Part shown: positions 12,514 through 24,149 of the stretch, in pieces | How positions within the stretch are numbered: the stretch's first letter is position 1 | How the letters are laid out: every line of letters begins with the position of its first letter | DNA from: Oculina patagonica | Taxonomy: Eukaryota | Direction of reading: 5' to 3' | Length of the DNA: 64,000 nucleotides | Assembly: GCF_052425735.1 (NCBI RefSeq) | Contig: NC_135766.1 | Coordinates: 124,001 to 188,000, forward strand | Notes under the pieces: generated by a model | Told to the model about the DNA's origin: nothing | The model's input: only the letters and a program-made list of their open reading frames with translations | The model's database searches: none | Translations under genes and position numbers: made by a program

Positions 12514-13077
12514 ATCTAAGTCCCTGGAAATATGTCTAAGTTCTAGTATCATTGTAGCGTATTATATTTTTGTTCGCTTTGAGCCATTTGTTTTTTCAGC
12601 AGTCAGAAATTAAGTAAGCAAAGACATAGAAACATGTGTTTGTGAGGCTTTTAAATTCAGTGCAGATTTTCCTTTCAACGGAATGAAAATGCTTTGGAGG
12701 CTATATATTGCCGTTTGCAGTTCGTACGTTTTATTTTAGACAATATAAACATGTTCTGATTCCCTGCAGACTTTTCATTGTGAAAAAATAAAATTATGAA
12801 AAAAGTTTTATTTCATCAAACCACATGGAGTAGCCATTACGCAAGTAAAGTTAACAGCATAATTTAAACGCTTTTCGTTTGCGAACTTTTAACAGTCATT
12901 CATATTATTATTACAAAATGTTGTACAAGGATTTTGGTAATAATAATGACATTGGTGTCTTGGGAGGTTTGTGAATTTTCCCTGAACGATTTTTAAGGAC
13001 GCCTTGAAAGAAGAATTCATTCAAATGTCTCTACGGCTAAACTTTTACGAAAACAAATTGGAAATATCAGTTTGCAG

Positions 13078-13395
13078 GGTCTGTCCATTTTATGAGTTCG
13101 AGTTCGAGTTAGTATTTCGAGTTGAGTTCGAGTTCGAGTTAGAATTTCGAGTTCGAGTTAAAATGTCGAGTTCGAGTTAAAATATCGAGTTCGAGTTGCT
13201 TGCGACTAGCTCCACTCTGGTTTGCTTGCGGTTAGTTCCACTCCTATTTGCTTGCGGTTAGTTTCACTCCTATTTGCTTGCGGTTAGCTTTCATTTGGTG
13301 ATAAGGGAGACACTATGCGTGACCAACTTGGAAAATGTAACCCCATAACTCAAACTCGAAATTTCTAACTCGAACTCATAAATTCGATACACGCC
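13078..13395. mobile_element. MITE with subterminal (GAGTTC)-type repeats and an internal ~26-bp tandem repeat
   Basis: tttatgagttcgagtt... mirrored by ...aactcgaactcataaa; 3-4 copies of gcttgcggttagttccactcctattt at 13198-13290. Confidence 0.6.
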
Positions 13396-13428
13396 AGTTT
13401 GCATGTATAATTGTTCCATTTCACTTAC

Positions 13429-13520
13429 CTGGTTTTCCTTGTCAGCACTTTGATCTTGCCCGCTCGTGGTTAGAAATGAAGATTCGAACGAACGCAGCTG
13501 CCAGATCAACAGTGCTTACG
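13429..13520 (-). other. Candidate 5'-UTR exon of uromodulin-like gene B
   Basis: Perfect donor CAG|GTAAGT at 13428 in unique sequence; it would supply the acceptor at 6894. The 5' end is unknown. Confidence 0.35.
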
Positions 13521-14659
13521 ATGTAAAAAAGGGATGAAGAATTAAAGCACAAAAACAAAAGTTCAAGGTTTCTGCGTATACCCCCTGCTAGTAGACCCAA
13601 AAGTAATTAAAATTGTTATTGCTGACTTCATTGAATGATTAACATCAACAATGTTTCAAAATTAAATATGCGTTGGTTAGGTGTTTTAAGAAATAGATGA
13701 AATGATTAGTTCCAAGAAATCTTCGTTTTGTCGGTTGTCCAGCTCGATTAACTTTGTTTATGTCGCTTGACATGAGTGCTGTGCCACAGCGGTTGCACGA
13801 TTTTTGAATAGGGACTTAAATGGGGAGTTTAGAAGCCACAGGAAACGCCGTTCAAGACATGCTCATCTATTCTTTGGAATAAAGTAAATAAATGTGGTCT
13901 AGAATCTTCTGCCTTTGTGTATAGCAAAGCGGTCTATCAGTGTTATTACAGATTGCAACTGTTTATTTACATTTAAAAAAAATACATTTAAGTTTCGAAG
14001 TATTAAACTAAGCGAGTTCCGAGACATAAAAAATGGCATCCTATATGTGATCACGAAATTAAAACCGACTTCAAGTTAAAATTTATAAAATCAGTTCCAA
14101 ACAAAAACCTTACAAAGGTTGTTAATGGTAAAGTGGCACCCTGTAGCTTTTTCTACACACTGGTATCCTTTAACCCTATTCAGACCGGGGGGGGGGGGGG
14201 GGGCTTTTAATGCCCGCGCTGACTTTGAACTTTTATAACATTTTTAAGATTCAACTAAACGCTGCCAAACTTTCTGAGTTTTCCTAAAATTTAACTGGCA
14301 ATAATTGGGAAGGGTTGGATGATATGTCAAGAACTTGACATAACCATAACAACGGCATTTTGACAGGCACGTTTTCCCAAATTTGTAATTTTGCGTGTTT
14401 CTGTTAATAAAAAAATCAACTTAAATGGAATTATTTTTTACATTTTTACGGGTTTAAAGCACATTTTTATTTATTTTGAGTACTTTGAAGTGATTTTGGG
14501 TGGTTTTCTGGCATTTTGAAAAAAATTTGAAATCCAAGATGGCGGATCCAAGATGGCGGCTGTTTTGACATCATTATGTAATTGTCACGTGATGTGACGT
14601 CACCATCTCACGTGACTTATACCAATAGAAAGAGTTCGGACATACAATACAATACATCC

Positions 14660-14880
14660 GGCCGACCTGCGTCTTATTACGACACTTGGTGTTTTTAAAA
14701 GTAAACTTAAGACATTTTTATTTAGATCAGCATTTTAATGTATCTTTTTAAATTTTTACCGTATTTTATCTTTAGGCTTTAGTTGTTTTTTGTTTTTTGT
14801 TGTTTTATGTTTTATGTATATGTATTCTTTTTATTGTTTTTAATGAAATTACTGTAAAGCGCTTTTGATAAGCACATGTA
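14660..14880 (+). mobile_element. L2-type LINE 3' tail nested in the MITE
   Basis: PADLRLITTLGVFKSKLKTFLFRSAF* followed by an AT-rich UTR and tgtaaagcgcttttga; absent from the MITE copy at 36554. Confidence 0.6.
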
Positions 14881-15023
14881 NNNNNNNNNNNNNNNNNNNN
14901 NNNNNNNNNNNNNNNNNNNNNNNNNNNNNNNNNNNNNNNNNNNNNNNNNNNNNNNNNNNNNNNNNNNNNNNNNNNNNNNNNNNNNNNNNNNNNNNNNNNN
15001 NNNNNNNNNNNNNNNNNNNNNNN
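14881..15023. other. Assembly gap (143 N)
   Basis: Run of N. Confidence 1.
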
Positions 15024-15920
15024 AGACATAGGGGGCCCCCGGTCTGAGAAGGTCCAAATAGGGTTAATGCTAAAATAACCTTTACAACTGTGTGTTAACT
15101 GCTGTGGCTCGTTTTGAGACGTTTTTCTTATTTTGCTAATATTTCCCGGATATAAGACCCTCTGTTTATAAGCCCATCTAGAACCCCTTACGAAGTTGTA
15201 TAAGCTCAAGGCTTAAAACCGGAATTTATGGTATGCCAGTGAACAAATAAGGTGAGAAATTTAGGTAATTCGCAAGCGTTCACACCAACGCTTTTCTCGT
15301 GCCCTCGATTTATCGAATCTCCCAAAACTCGAGCCAAATACCGGATTTATTTCGCTCAGTTGTACACTGTAATTTAACCCTTGATTTTCCCCAACCAAAT
15401 TTCCCTTGGCGGATTGAGATATCGGGAATCTACTGTATAATATCGAAGCAAAGGACGGATCCTGTATATCAATGATGCAATATCGATGAGGCAAATACAC
15501 TTTATTAAGTATGACACGGTATGGCAGCGGTTACACTTTATATAGCTGGAGATGTACATTTTTTCTGCTTAACATGTAATTAAAAAAATGACACGAAAGA
15601 CTGGATAAATTACGATGCCCCAGAATGGTTCAACTTTCCAAACATCACTTATGACGTTTGGAAGTTTAGCTTCAGGCTGTTTTACCGTTCATTTCAATGT
15701 GTTTTAAAATTACAAAAAAATACATTACACGGTTGTTCTAATCTAAATGACAGCCATTTTTTTATGTAAGAACAATTTTCATTTTTCAGGCTGAATGTGT
15801 TCTTATATAGTACTTTTTTTACCAAATTTCAGCTTGAGTGCTCTCAATCCACGTGTTCTTTTATACGTTGTTTTATTACTGTATTATTTTTTATGGCTTC
15901 TATTTTACTGGAGTAATTCA

Positions 15921-17002
15921 TCACAGTTTAATGTCCACAGTTTTTACCGCTATTACATTACTTGTCCCAAGCCTTGAGAAAAATTGTTCTTTTAAAAACG
16001 CGCGAAAGTCCCTCATTTGCACAAAATAGATTATGACGTTGATAGCACTGTTTGAAAGTGCTAGCACTACACTGATATGGTGAATGATTAAACCAGTTTC
16101 ATAACTGATATCTGCAATTGTTACCGTGTTGTTTATTAACAGAACAGAGACAAACAGATAAGGGAAGACAAATGCAAACACAAGGGCAATCGAGGTAATC
16201 GTTCCTCGTCTCTTTGCAGCTCTCAACCTGGATTTGATGGCATTGTCCTGTAGAACGTTGACAGTTCTCTTAATTCTTAATGATAGAGTTGAGATCAGGC
16301 ATACACTTATAATAATTATAATAACACTCGGTATGATATATTAAAAAGTTGAGAAGGCTATAAACATAATTCTAAAAGGTAAATAGTCGCCATCGTGATT
16401 GCAGGAAACGGTATACTGTGTTTCACTTAAATCGTAATTTACCACCCTTTTGAATGTTGCGGCCGGAATTAACACATAAAACATTGGTGTTAGCCATGCA
16501 AGCCACAATTGCTTCTTAACGGTAGAATGTCTAAATGTACGTGGGACTTTGCGAGTTGAAAAATACTTCCCAATGCTTATAACTATCAAATTATTCATAG
16601 TAACAGAACGGAACAAAATATGTACATAACGAACTGCTTTACAAGCCCAGTCTTGTTGGAGGATATCGAAATAAAATTGCACACACACAGTTGAATTAGC
16701 TGTTACTGAACCAAGAGCATCAGATATAGCTAGGCTATTAATATAAAGGTCAAAGTTTTGCTGGAATGAACATACCTTAAGAAAAGAACTTGTCTTTTTC
16801 TTTGACTTCAGGAAGCAGAGTATGAGGATATTTCCTACAAATCCAATTATTCCCTACTGAAACCAGCAATACGAAAAAAGTGACTTTCGTCCAGAATGAT
16901 ACAAGTGGAAATAGGCAGGTTTTTCCTTGCACCATAACCAGGTGACGAGGAGATGTTAGTCTAAAGGTTGGACGTCAGATTCGTACCTGGCAGACGATCC
17001 AT
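15921..17002 (-). pseudogene. Rhodopsin-like orphan GPCR pseudogene (GPCR1)
   Basis: Collinear with the intact paralogs (GFVGNILILCF, SLAISD, SVTMNNL, YLPFRIMF, NSAINVIIY). Lesions: TAG at codon 14 (16963-16961), +1 frameshift near 16853, TAA in place of Gln at 16343-16341. Acceptor ctAG at 17020-17019. Confidence 0.85.
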
Positions 17003-17041
17003 CCGTAACAAATGTAATCTAGGATAAATATATAATGTTTA

Positions 17042-17439
17042 AGGTCAGGACACACTAGGCGACAAGTCGAAGCAACAGGTCTGTGCGACAAGTCGCTCCG
17101 TGTGTACTACCACAAAAGAAGTCGCTGCGACAAGGCGCTTATTCGTTGCACACTCAGCGAATTTTGAAGAGTGGGAATGTGACTAGTTTTCCAGTTTTAT
17201 AATGTGGCAAAAATTTGATTTGTCGCAGACGTGTACACACGCTGCGACAACGCTGCTATCGCTCATTTTGTCGCTGCGATGTGTCGCACGAATTCAAACC
17301 AGTTTGAATTCGTGCGACATATCGCAGCGACAAAATTTTGTCGAAGCGACTGTTTTGTCGCAAGAATGCATCATATCACACGAGGCGACATGTCGCAGCA
17401 ATATGTCGCCGCGACGTGTCGCCTAGTGTGTCCCGACCT
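17042..17439. mobile_element. PIF/Harbinger-like MITE
   Basis: TIRs aggtcaggacacactaggcgaca / tgtcgcctagtgtgtcccgacct; TTA TSD on both sides. Confidence 0.85.
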
Positions 17440-17651
17440 TTATAGGTAAAAAGTACGGGTTTGAAGCTTTTTCTGCAGTGTTTCTTGCGCTTTTTTCAAA
17501 AAACATAGTTTCTTAAACGTTTAACAAAGCATTGCTTGTTACAAGCGCGTCTTCTTGTTGCTTAAATTATTCTTTTGAGCTTACGCAAACGATCATCATA
17601 AGCTATTACTGAACTTTGGTCGTGTGGTACTGTTTGCTTTATATATTAAAC

Positions 17652-20463
17652 CAGCCTCGTCCCCAGTCGTCCCCGGCGAATTTGGATGTGACGTCACCCG
17701 CCAAGCTTGTCGGGGAAGTTCGCCTAGGACGCCTGGCAATAAACGGCAAATCCAATATGGCGGAGCCTGTCAAACGATTGAACTTCAGTCAACTTCTTGA
17801 AGAACTTAAAAACGCGTCAGAATTAGGCTGGGATTCCTTCATCCATGTCTGCCAGCAAACTCGTGAAGTAATTGAAGATTTTTTATTTAAGGTAGAAAAA
17901 TTAAATGTCGATTTTTATGCGCAGCAAATTGTACCATCTAAAGAGCTTAAAGAATATGTTCCACTAACTGTAACTGGCGATGGGAGCTGTCTCTATCGAT
18001 CGATTTCTCTGTTGGTGTCTTGGTGAACGGAGATAGAATAGTGGTCGTTCGTGGAAAGTTGTGATGAGTATTTTTGCTTCTCGCTAACACAACAACAACA
18101 GCGGTGAAAAGATAAAAGGCTCAAAGCTGATCCATCAGTACTTTCAACTGTGCTTTCGTGTGTGCTTTGTTTGTTCCTTTGCCTTCGCTTTTTTCGAATA
18201 TTTTTCGCAGTTTTATCCAAGGTAAGTGAAGTTGTAACTATTTATTCGAAGTATCAGTAGCGAAATATATGACTAGTCACTAAAGCTACTTATCAGAAAA
18301 TTAGAAAGCTGTGTAGTGGTTTGTTTTCTGGGAAACAAACGCTGCAATTCGCCTACTGTTGGTGACGATACCGAGTTGTAATGTGTCAACTCAGCTGCTT
18401 AACAGATTCAACTTCTCTCTTGTGAACTTCAGACTTGTGAGACTCTATAACATACCAAATTCCCTTCGGCCACTAAGCATTGACAAGATTATGATTGTAA
18501 GGAAACAAAAAACTGTTCCGAATGGACTGGTATCAAAATGTTTAGAATGGCTTCATTTCAGTTTAAAAGTCGTTTGTTACTGTTAGTTAATGTTATATTT
18601 ATATTGTTACTATTGTTACTATACAAACATCCAGAGTATCTTCTAGATATACAATGTACTCTATTTGGATTCATTAAAGACCTTTAGCCACTTAGCTTGG
18701 CACAATCAATCAAAAGGCTTTATTCTTCTCTTATGCTTTAGAAAGATGGGTTGGTACAAGCAGATCAGGTTTCATCAGCTGGCAATGTCATACATTTTTT
18801 ATGGGCAGACCTCAAATATCAAGAGAATATGAAAACATAATATAACACTTTCCACTGCCTCCGGCTTTCCCTGCCTCCTCCCCAAATCACCCCACCCTAC
18901 CAAATGCACTCCCCTAAATTCCAATAACTACTAGTTTTAGTATATATTGCAAGAGTTGAATACATGTAAATACTTTTGTATACTGTACTGTGTTTATGTG
19001 TGTGTGTGTGTCAGTCAAGCTCAGTTTAATATCTCTGCAAGTAGGAGTTAAAAAGGTGGTAGTTTAAGGAATGGGAAAAATAGCCAGTGTACCCATGTGA
19101 GGAAAAATACAAATATTTTTGGGCTATCAAAAATGCAGAATGGGGCTCACAAATTAAAAAGAAACTGGTCTAAAAGCCCCAGTAACCAGCTTTTATGGAG
19201 CGGTTCAAACAATATTTAAACATTATATATTTTGATATTTTAATTTATTTGCAAATAAACATATAAACACAGTATATATATATATATTGTGTTTATGTGT
19301 TTCTTTGCAAGTAAATGTCAGAGAGAATAGCAGAAGAATCATACTTTGTTAAACGAGCTATGTCTACAATGATGCAGTATGTACCTTGTCTAAAGGGGAA
19401 AGCAGTGCACTTCTGTTTCTTTTTGAACATCTCAGCAGGTAAATTTGTCAAAACTACACGAAAATTGGCAGCAAAATATATAAACTTCAGCTGAAATGCT
19501 TACTCTGCAACTGAGGGAAATTGAAATAAATTTCCACACCTTTTGGGCTGACAAGAACTGTTGGCTATTTAGTGGTGCTACACAATGGAAATGTTATCAA
19601 TTCACACTTGGAATCTGCAATAAGTCCTGACCAGCTGTAATTTTTATTTAATAAGCTCATTGAATTGACGAAAATGATTGAAGCATACTTGTTATATATA
19701 ACCTGAACATGGCCCAGGATTTGGATTAACATCTCCTGCTAATCCTCCTGCTAATGAAATGAGCCAGAGTATACAAGAAAAAGACAGGCTACATCAAGAT
19801 CAAATAAAGTTTTGGTTTACGAGCCTTAGATTATTTTTTTTCTTTCTCTAAAAAGCTAAATAAAAAATTACAGGTAATCAATGACAAGCTTTAATACATG
19901 CATCGGGGGATTAGCCCTCTTCTCTCAAGTAAGCTGAATTGTTTCTTTGTTTTCGCACATAAATTTGTAAACAACAAAGGTCGAAAATCCCGACCCTAGC
20001 TCTATAAACATTGAGATCGACGCCTTTCAGGTTTAAATAAAACTAACACAGTTACTAGTACCTGGCGAACGTAATTTGCTTACCACAAAGAACTTCTAGA
20101 TACATGTAGACCCATGTATCACCACGAATAGTGAACGAAAACAATGATAACAGAATAATTTTCTTAACTCTATTAAACACGACCAATACCATTCTGCAAG
20201 GCAGGAAAAAAACGGCATTACAGTTCGTTTCCGCCATCTAAAATAGTCCACAAATGTTCAAAAGGGATGCAGTTTCCTCATGAACCAGAAATATTTTCTT
20301 TTCCTCGCAGAAAAACGTATATTTTCGTCGAGCTATATCTGGGACTTTTTCTCGCTAAACTGGGACTTTTTTGCCATTTTGTGCCAGGCCTCGCGCTATC
20401 GCGCTCGGTTCCAGTCCTCCTCCGCTCACTCGCATAGCGCGGTATGGCCTGGGGACGAGGCTG
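17652..20463. mobile_element. 2.8-kb non-autonomous DNA transposon (AcademH-like termini) with OTU/vertnin-like cargo
   Basis: Perfect 15-bp TIRs cagcctcgtccccag / ctggggacgaggctg; perfect 9-bp TSD atattaaac (17643-17651, 20464-20472). Confidence 0.85.
17757..18026 (+). pseudogene. Truncated OTU-family cysteine protease-like (vertnin-like) ORF inside the transposon
   Basis: MAEPVKRLNFSQLLEEL...VDFYAQQIVPSKELKEYVPLTVTGDGSCLYRSISLLVS(W*). GDGxCL(F/Y)RS is the OTU catalytic Cys loop; no downstream His motif is visible. Confidence 0.6.
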
Positions 20464-21001
20464 ATATTAAACATGTATTGACCACGGACAAGCGAAATGA
20501 CTATTTTCGCGCCAAATGAAAACTTTTTGCCGCTCTGTTAACTGCTATTTTTCATCATAAAAACTGTCTAAATTTTCATTTTAATTTGCCACCTCAGTTG
20601 ACAAATTTGAAAAAAAAATAATAGTCAAACATTTCAAGATCAATCCAATAAATTGCGCATGTGCTTTGCTTTGCAAATAAGAAGAGTTACTTTCATAATC
20701 CTTAATTTTTTTGTTATAACAGTACTTACAATGCCAAACGCTTGATAGTTCCAAGAAAATTACACTAAAACAGGCGTCCCGCCTGCACGGTGAACGCAGC
20801 GGAGCTTCTTTCCCTTTACAGAAACTAAAAAAAAAAAAGAAAAACGGAGGACAAGGATACATTTTAATAAGACGGCCGATTTACTGGTTTGGTGGAAACT
20901 TACTTGTTTTATTCAACAATGTTATAATTGACAGAAACGTAAAATGAAATTTTCTTATAAATTCTCCAATAATCAAAACGTACCTAGAAAATAAGGTGAC
21001 G

Positions 21002-21305
21002 GCAAGCAATAAGGCGAGAAAACGCGCAAGCGAGTTTGCGGGCGAGTAAACTAGCAAGCAGAAAAGGAAACAGGCAAGCACGCAAGCGCATATGCACGCA
21101 GATATGTGCACGACAAAGCCCCTCGCCAAGTTAAAATTATATAAATTTGGTTGCATTTATTATCAAGCACGCAAGCGAGCAAGTGAGCGAGCGAACGAGC
21201 AAGCAAGCAGAAAATGAAACAGGCAAGCACGCAGCACCTATGAAAGCAGATACTTGCACGAAAACGACCCCGAAAGTCAACATTATATACATTTGGTTTC
21301 ATTAA
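21002..21305. repeat. Two diverged ~150-bp tandem copies with (GCAA/GCGA)-rich heads
   Basis: agcaagcagaaaa.gaaacaggcaagcacgca...gcagata..tgcacga...attatata.atttggtt occurs twice. Confidence 0.6.
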
Positions 21306-22536
21306 TCAGTTTTTTTTAAATTATCTTAATCGATGTGTCTTACCTCGTAGGCGATTTTATACTCTTGGACATAAACTCCCTGTACGAAATATACTCTTCT
21401 AATGAAATTTCTGGCTAATTTCTAGCTATAAATATTTGGAAAAATTTTAAAAGTATCGACAAGAACAAATCTTGTTTAAACAATACCTGTCTGTTTCAAA
21501 CGTACACAATTGCTCGTTTTAATTGTGGAGCTCGAAGGAGGTCAAATTGCTGCTTATTTTACTTTATTTTTATTTTTTTAATTAATAATATTATTTCTTT
21601 TGAAATATTTTCGACCCGATTCATGCGGTTTAAATATAACCCTGATTTGTCCGCAAGTCTATGAAATAATTGGTTTATTGTTTTTAATTTTACATCCCAA
21701 ATCTAGGCGTCTGGTACGCTTTACACGAAGGCTCAACTTCGCTGGAAATGGAATAGATATGAGAACAAATTCCCAATACAACTTGCTTGGGGACTTTCCT
21801 CATGCCAGTGAGTTACCTACATGACTTTTGCCTAAGCTGTTTCTTCTCTTTTTAGGCGATGACAAATCGCCTTATGCTGTGGCCCTAGTTTAGGATGAGT
21901 AATGGATTTCGGCGGAAATTAAAAGAAGCAACTCAAAGAGGTATCAAGATAAAGACACGATGTCACACGGTGGACAGAACAAAATATATTAGCTCAATTA
22001 TGGCTAAATTCAACTCACGTATAAGGTCACGAATATCCATATACGTATTTTTTCTAAAACATAAAAGTCATCAAAAGGAAACGCAATGCAAGAAACCACC
22101 CGGTATGCACAAATGATCGCTGACCATGCCTAAGTGAAATAACTACAAATCAACAATGTTATAATTACCACTATAGCTATGTTCGATATGTTTCATAATT
22201 ATAGAAGTTTCTGAAATGCCATGACGCTTAATATCACAGCATTAAAAGCCTGTTGATTTAACTGTGATTGCTGTGCAAAAACATCTTGTGACACTTTTGC
22301 TTGACCTCCTGTTTAAACTCGTTACTCGTTGTTTGTCTTTGTTCCGCGTTCGTTTTCCGCTCGTCTATATAAAATTACAATGATGTCTGATCGATACATG
22401 AAAATAGTAACTAGAATTGCGCAAAAAAAAAAAAAGCAATATAAAATCATTTTACGTTCCTTCAAAAATAAAATGATGCCATCATATTTACGGACAAAAA
22501 GGTTATTTTTATACATTTTGTTATAAATGTACTTAA

Positions 22537-22912
22537 AGAACTTTGTCACGGATTTTAGGCAAATTTAGGCATAGCAAAATTTCCACAAATTCCGTGAAAT
22601 ATCTAAATAACCGCCTAAAAAAGTAATGAAACATTTCAATAACAGCAAATATACAAAGGAAGGGATGGCAAAAAGTGAAGAAAATTAAAACGAATTGTGA
22701 TATGGGTTTTTGAAATACTATAAGGCTGAATAATTTTCAAAGTTAATCTCGTTTGCTTGAGACTTTAAATTATCATACCCGGGGGACATATTTGGTTGTA
22801 ATAAAGCTATGGTTTTCTCATTTAGAAGAAGTAATTTCTTCGTAAACGTTAAGTTTCATAGCGAGTTTTTGGCTTAATAAAATAAACTTAACTAGTCTTA
22901 ATTCAGTGTCCT
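22537..22912. mobile_element. Degraded TTAA-flanked (Kolobok-like) MITE
   Basis: Same family as 51049-51440 and 54264-54654 (tgtcacggatttta..aaatttaggcatag...aagtttcatagcgag). Confidence 0.6.
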
Positions 22913-24149
22913 TCGGGGGTGCTTTTTGAGGTCAAATCACTGTTTCAATATATCCCAGAGTGTGCGGCTGGTTGATATCTGTATTTCTCCACTCTTCTTT
23001 AGCTTCATTTTTAAGCAATGATCACTCCCGGCCCATAAGACGTACCAAAACTTCAAAAATGATAATATTTCTATTCATCCCTGCAATATTATTGCTAATC
23101 ACAACACTCTGTTTGCTCTGTTTTAGCTATGTTACCCTTTTTATGCTTCGAATTCTAATTAAGATAATTTTTACTCTTACAAAAGGGAAACTTTTAAATA
23201 CAGAAGAACATGAATGATTTACACATGCATAATATGGGCAGTAGAAGAGTACCATAACCAAAAAATACAAGTGGAAAGTTGTTAACATTATGCAAATTAG
23301 GTATGCTCACGGGCGCTTTCTAAATTTCGTTTCCCTCGGCTGTGAATAAAAATCAACTTTACAAAGGTATCATTTCAAAGAAATAAGTGTAGAATATACT
23401 TCACCCCTGTAAATGAGAAACAATCGTTTCCCAAACGATGAAATATTGCCTTTTCTTATATAGTAATCGCGAAGATTCGGAAACGTTGACCAGTGACTTT
23501 ATGTATGTGTTATGAGAAGACTGGGAAGGTTAGAGCACGGCACGATTTGTTAAAGGATAATCAGTAAAAGAGTAACGAAACTCTATACAAGACAGATATG
23601 TATATAAAATCTGTGGGGAAAAAAATAAAAAAATAATTTTAACCACAGGGTATGAGAGTCGATCCCTGGTCACACGCTTTAGAACGCAGAGCTGTATCAC
23701 TGAGCCATCGGTTTGCTAAGTAATTACATTGATGAAAAAAGAAATTCTTATACCGAAGCGACCTGTAATATGTTCACCCTCTTTATTATTTTTCCATCGA
23801 TACTATACTGTTCAAAGGAACGATTCAAATATATCTAACGCATTCACGAGTAGGTCATAGATTTCTTTGATTTTCCATGTCAGAGGTAGAAAAATTATTA
23901 CCTTTTTACTCTGTTTTTCAGTCACTAAAATTTCTTCGGTTAATCCCAACTTGTCTTCACTTTTTCATTCTGCTTGTTGAGATTTTGAAGTTGACAGCAT
24001 GGTGTTTTTGTCCTTGTATGATTATAGTATTCGTTTGAGATCTGTGAACGATTAGTTTCGCTACAGATGCGAACTAGATGATTTCTTGAAAAAAAAAAAA
24101 ACAATCGCGCATTTTAAAGAATTTACATTCGAACTATTTTAACATTTAA

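Larger units (their letters stand above)
14174..15063. mobile_element. piggyBac-like MITE, copy 1 (contains an L2 tail and the assembly gap)
   Basis: TTAA|ccctattcagaccggg ... aataggg|TTAA; internal sequence closely matches 36554-37110. Confidence 0.8.

Noticed and set aside
13095-13290. Short regularly spaced repeats resembling a CRISPR array
   Set aside because: No unique spacers, eukaryotic context, and they lie within MITE termini.
14805-15209. ORFs spanning the N run
   Set aside because: Artefacts of the assembly gap.
20055-20237. 60-aa ORF at the right end of the 9-bp-TSD element as a helicase or transposase start
   Set aside because: Good start context but no recognisable motif; not called as coding.
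23640-23720. Weak reverse-strand tRNA-like stretch
   Set aside because: Too degenerate to fold into a cloverleaf or assign; probably an old repeat remnant.
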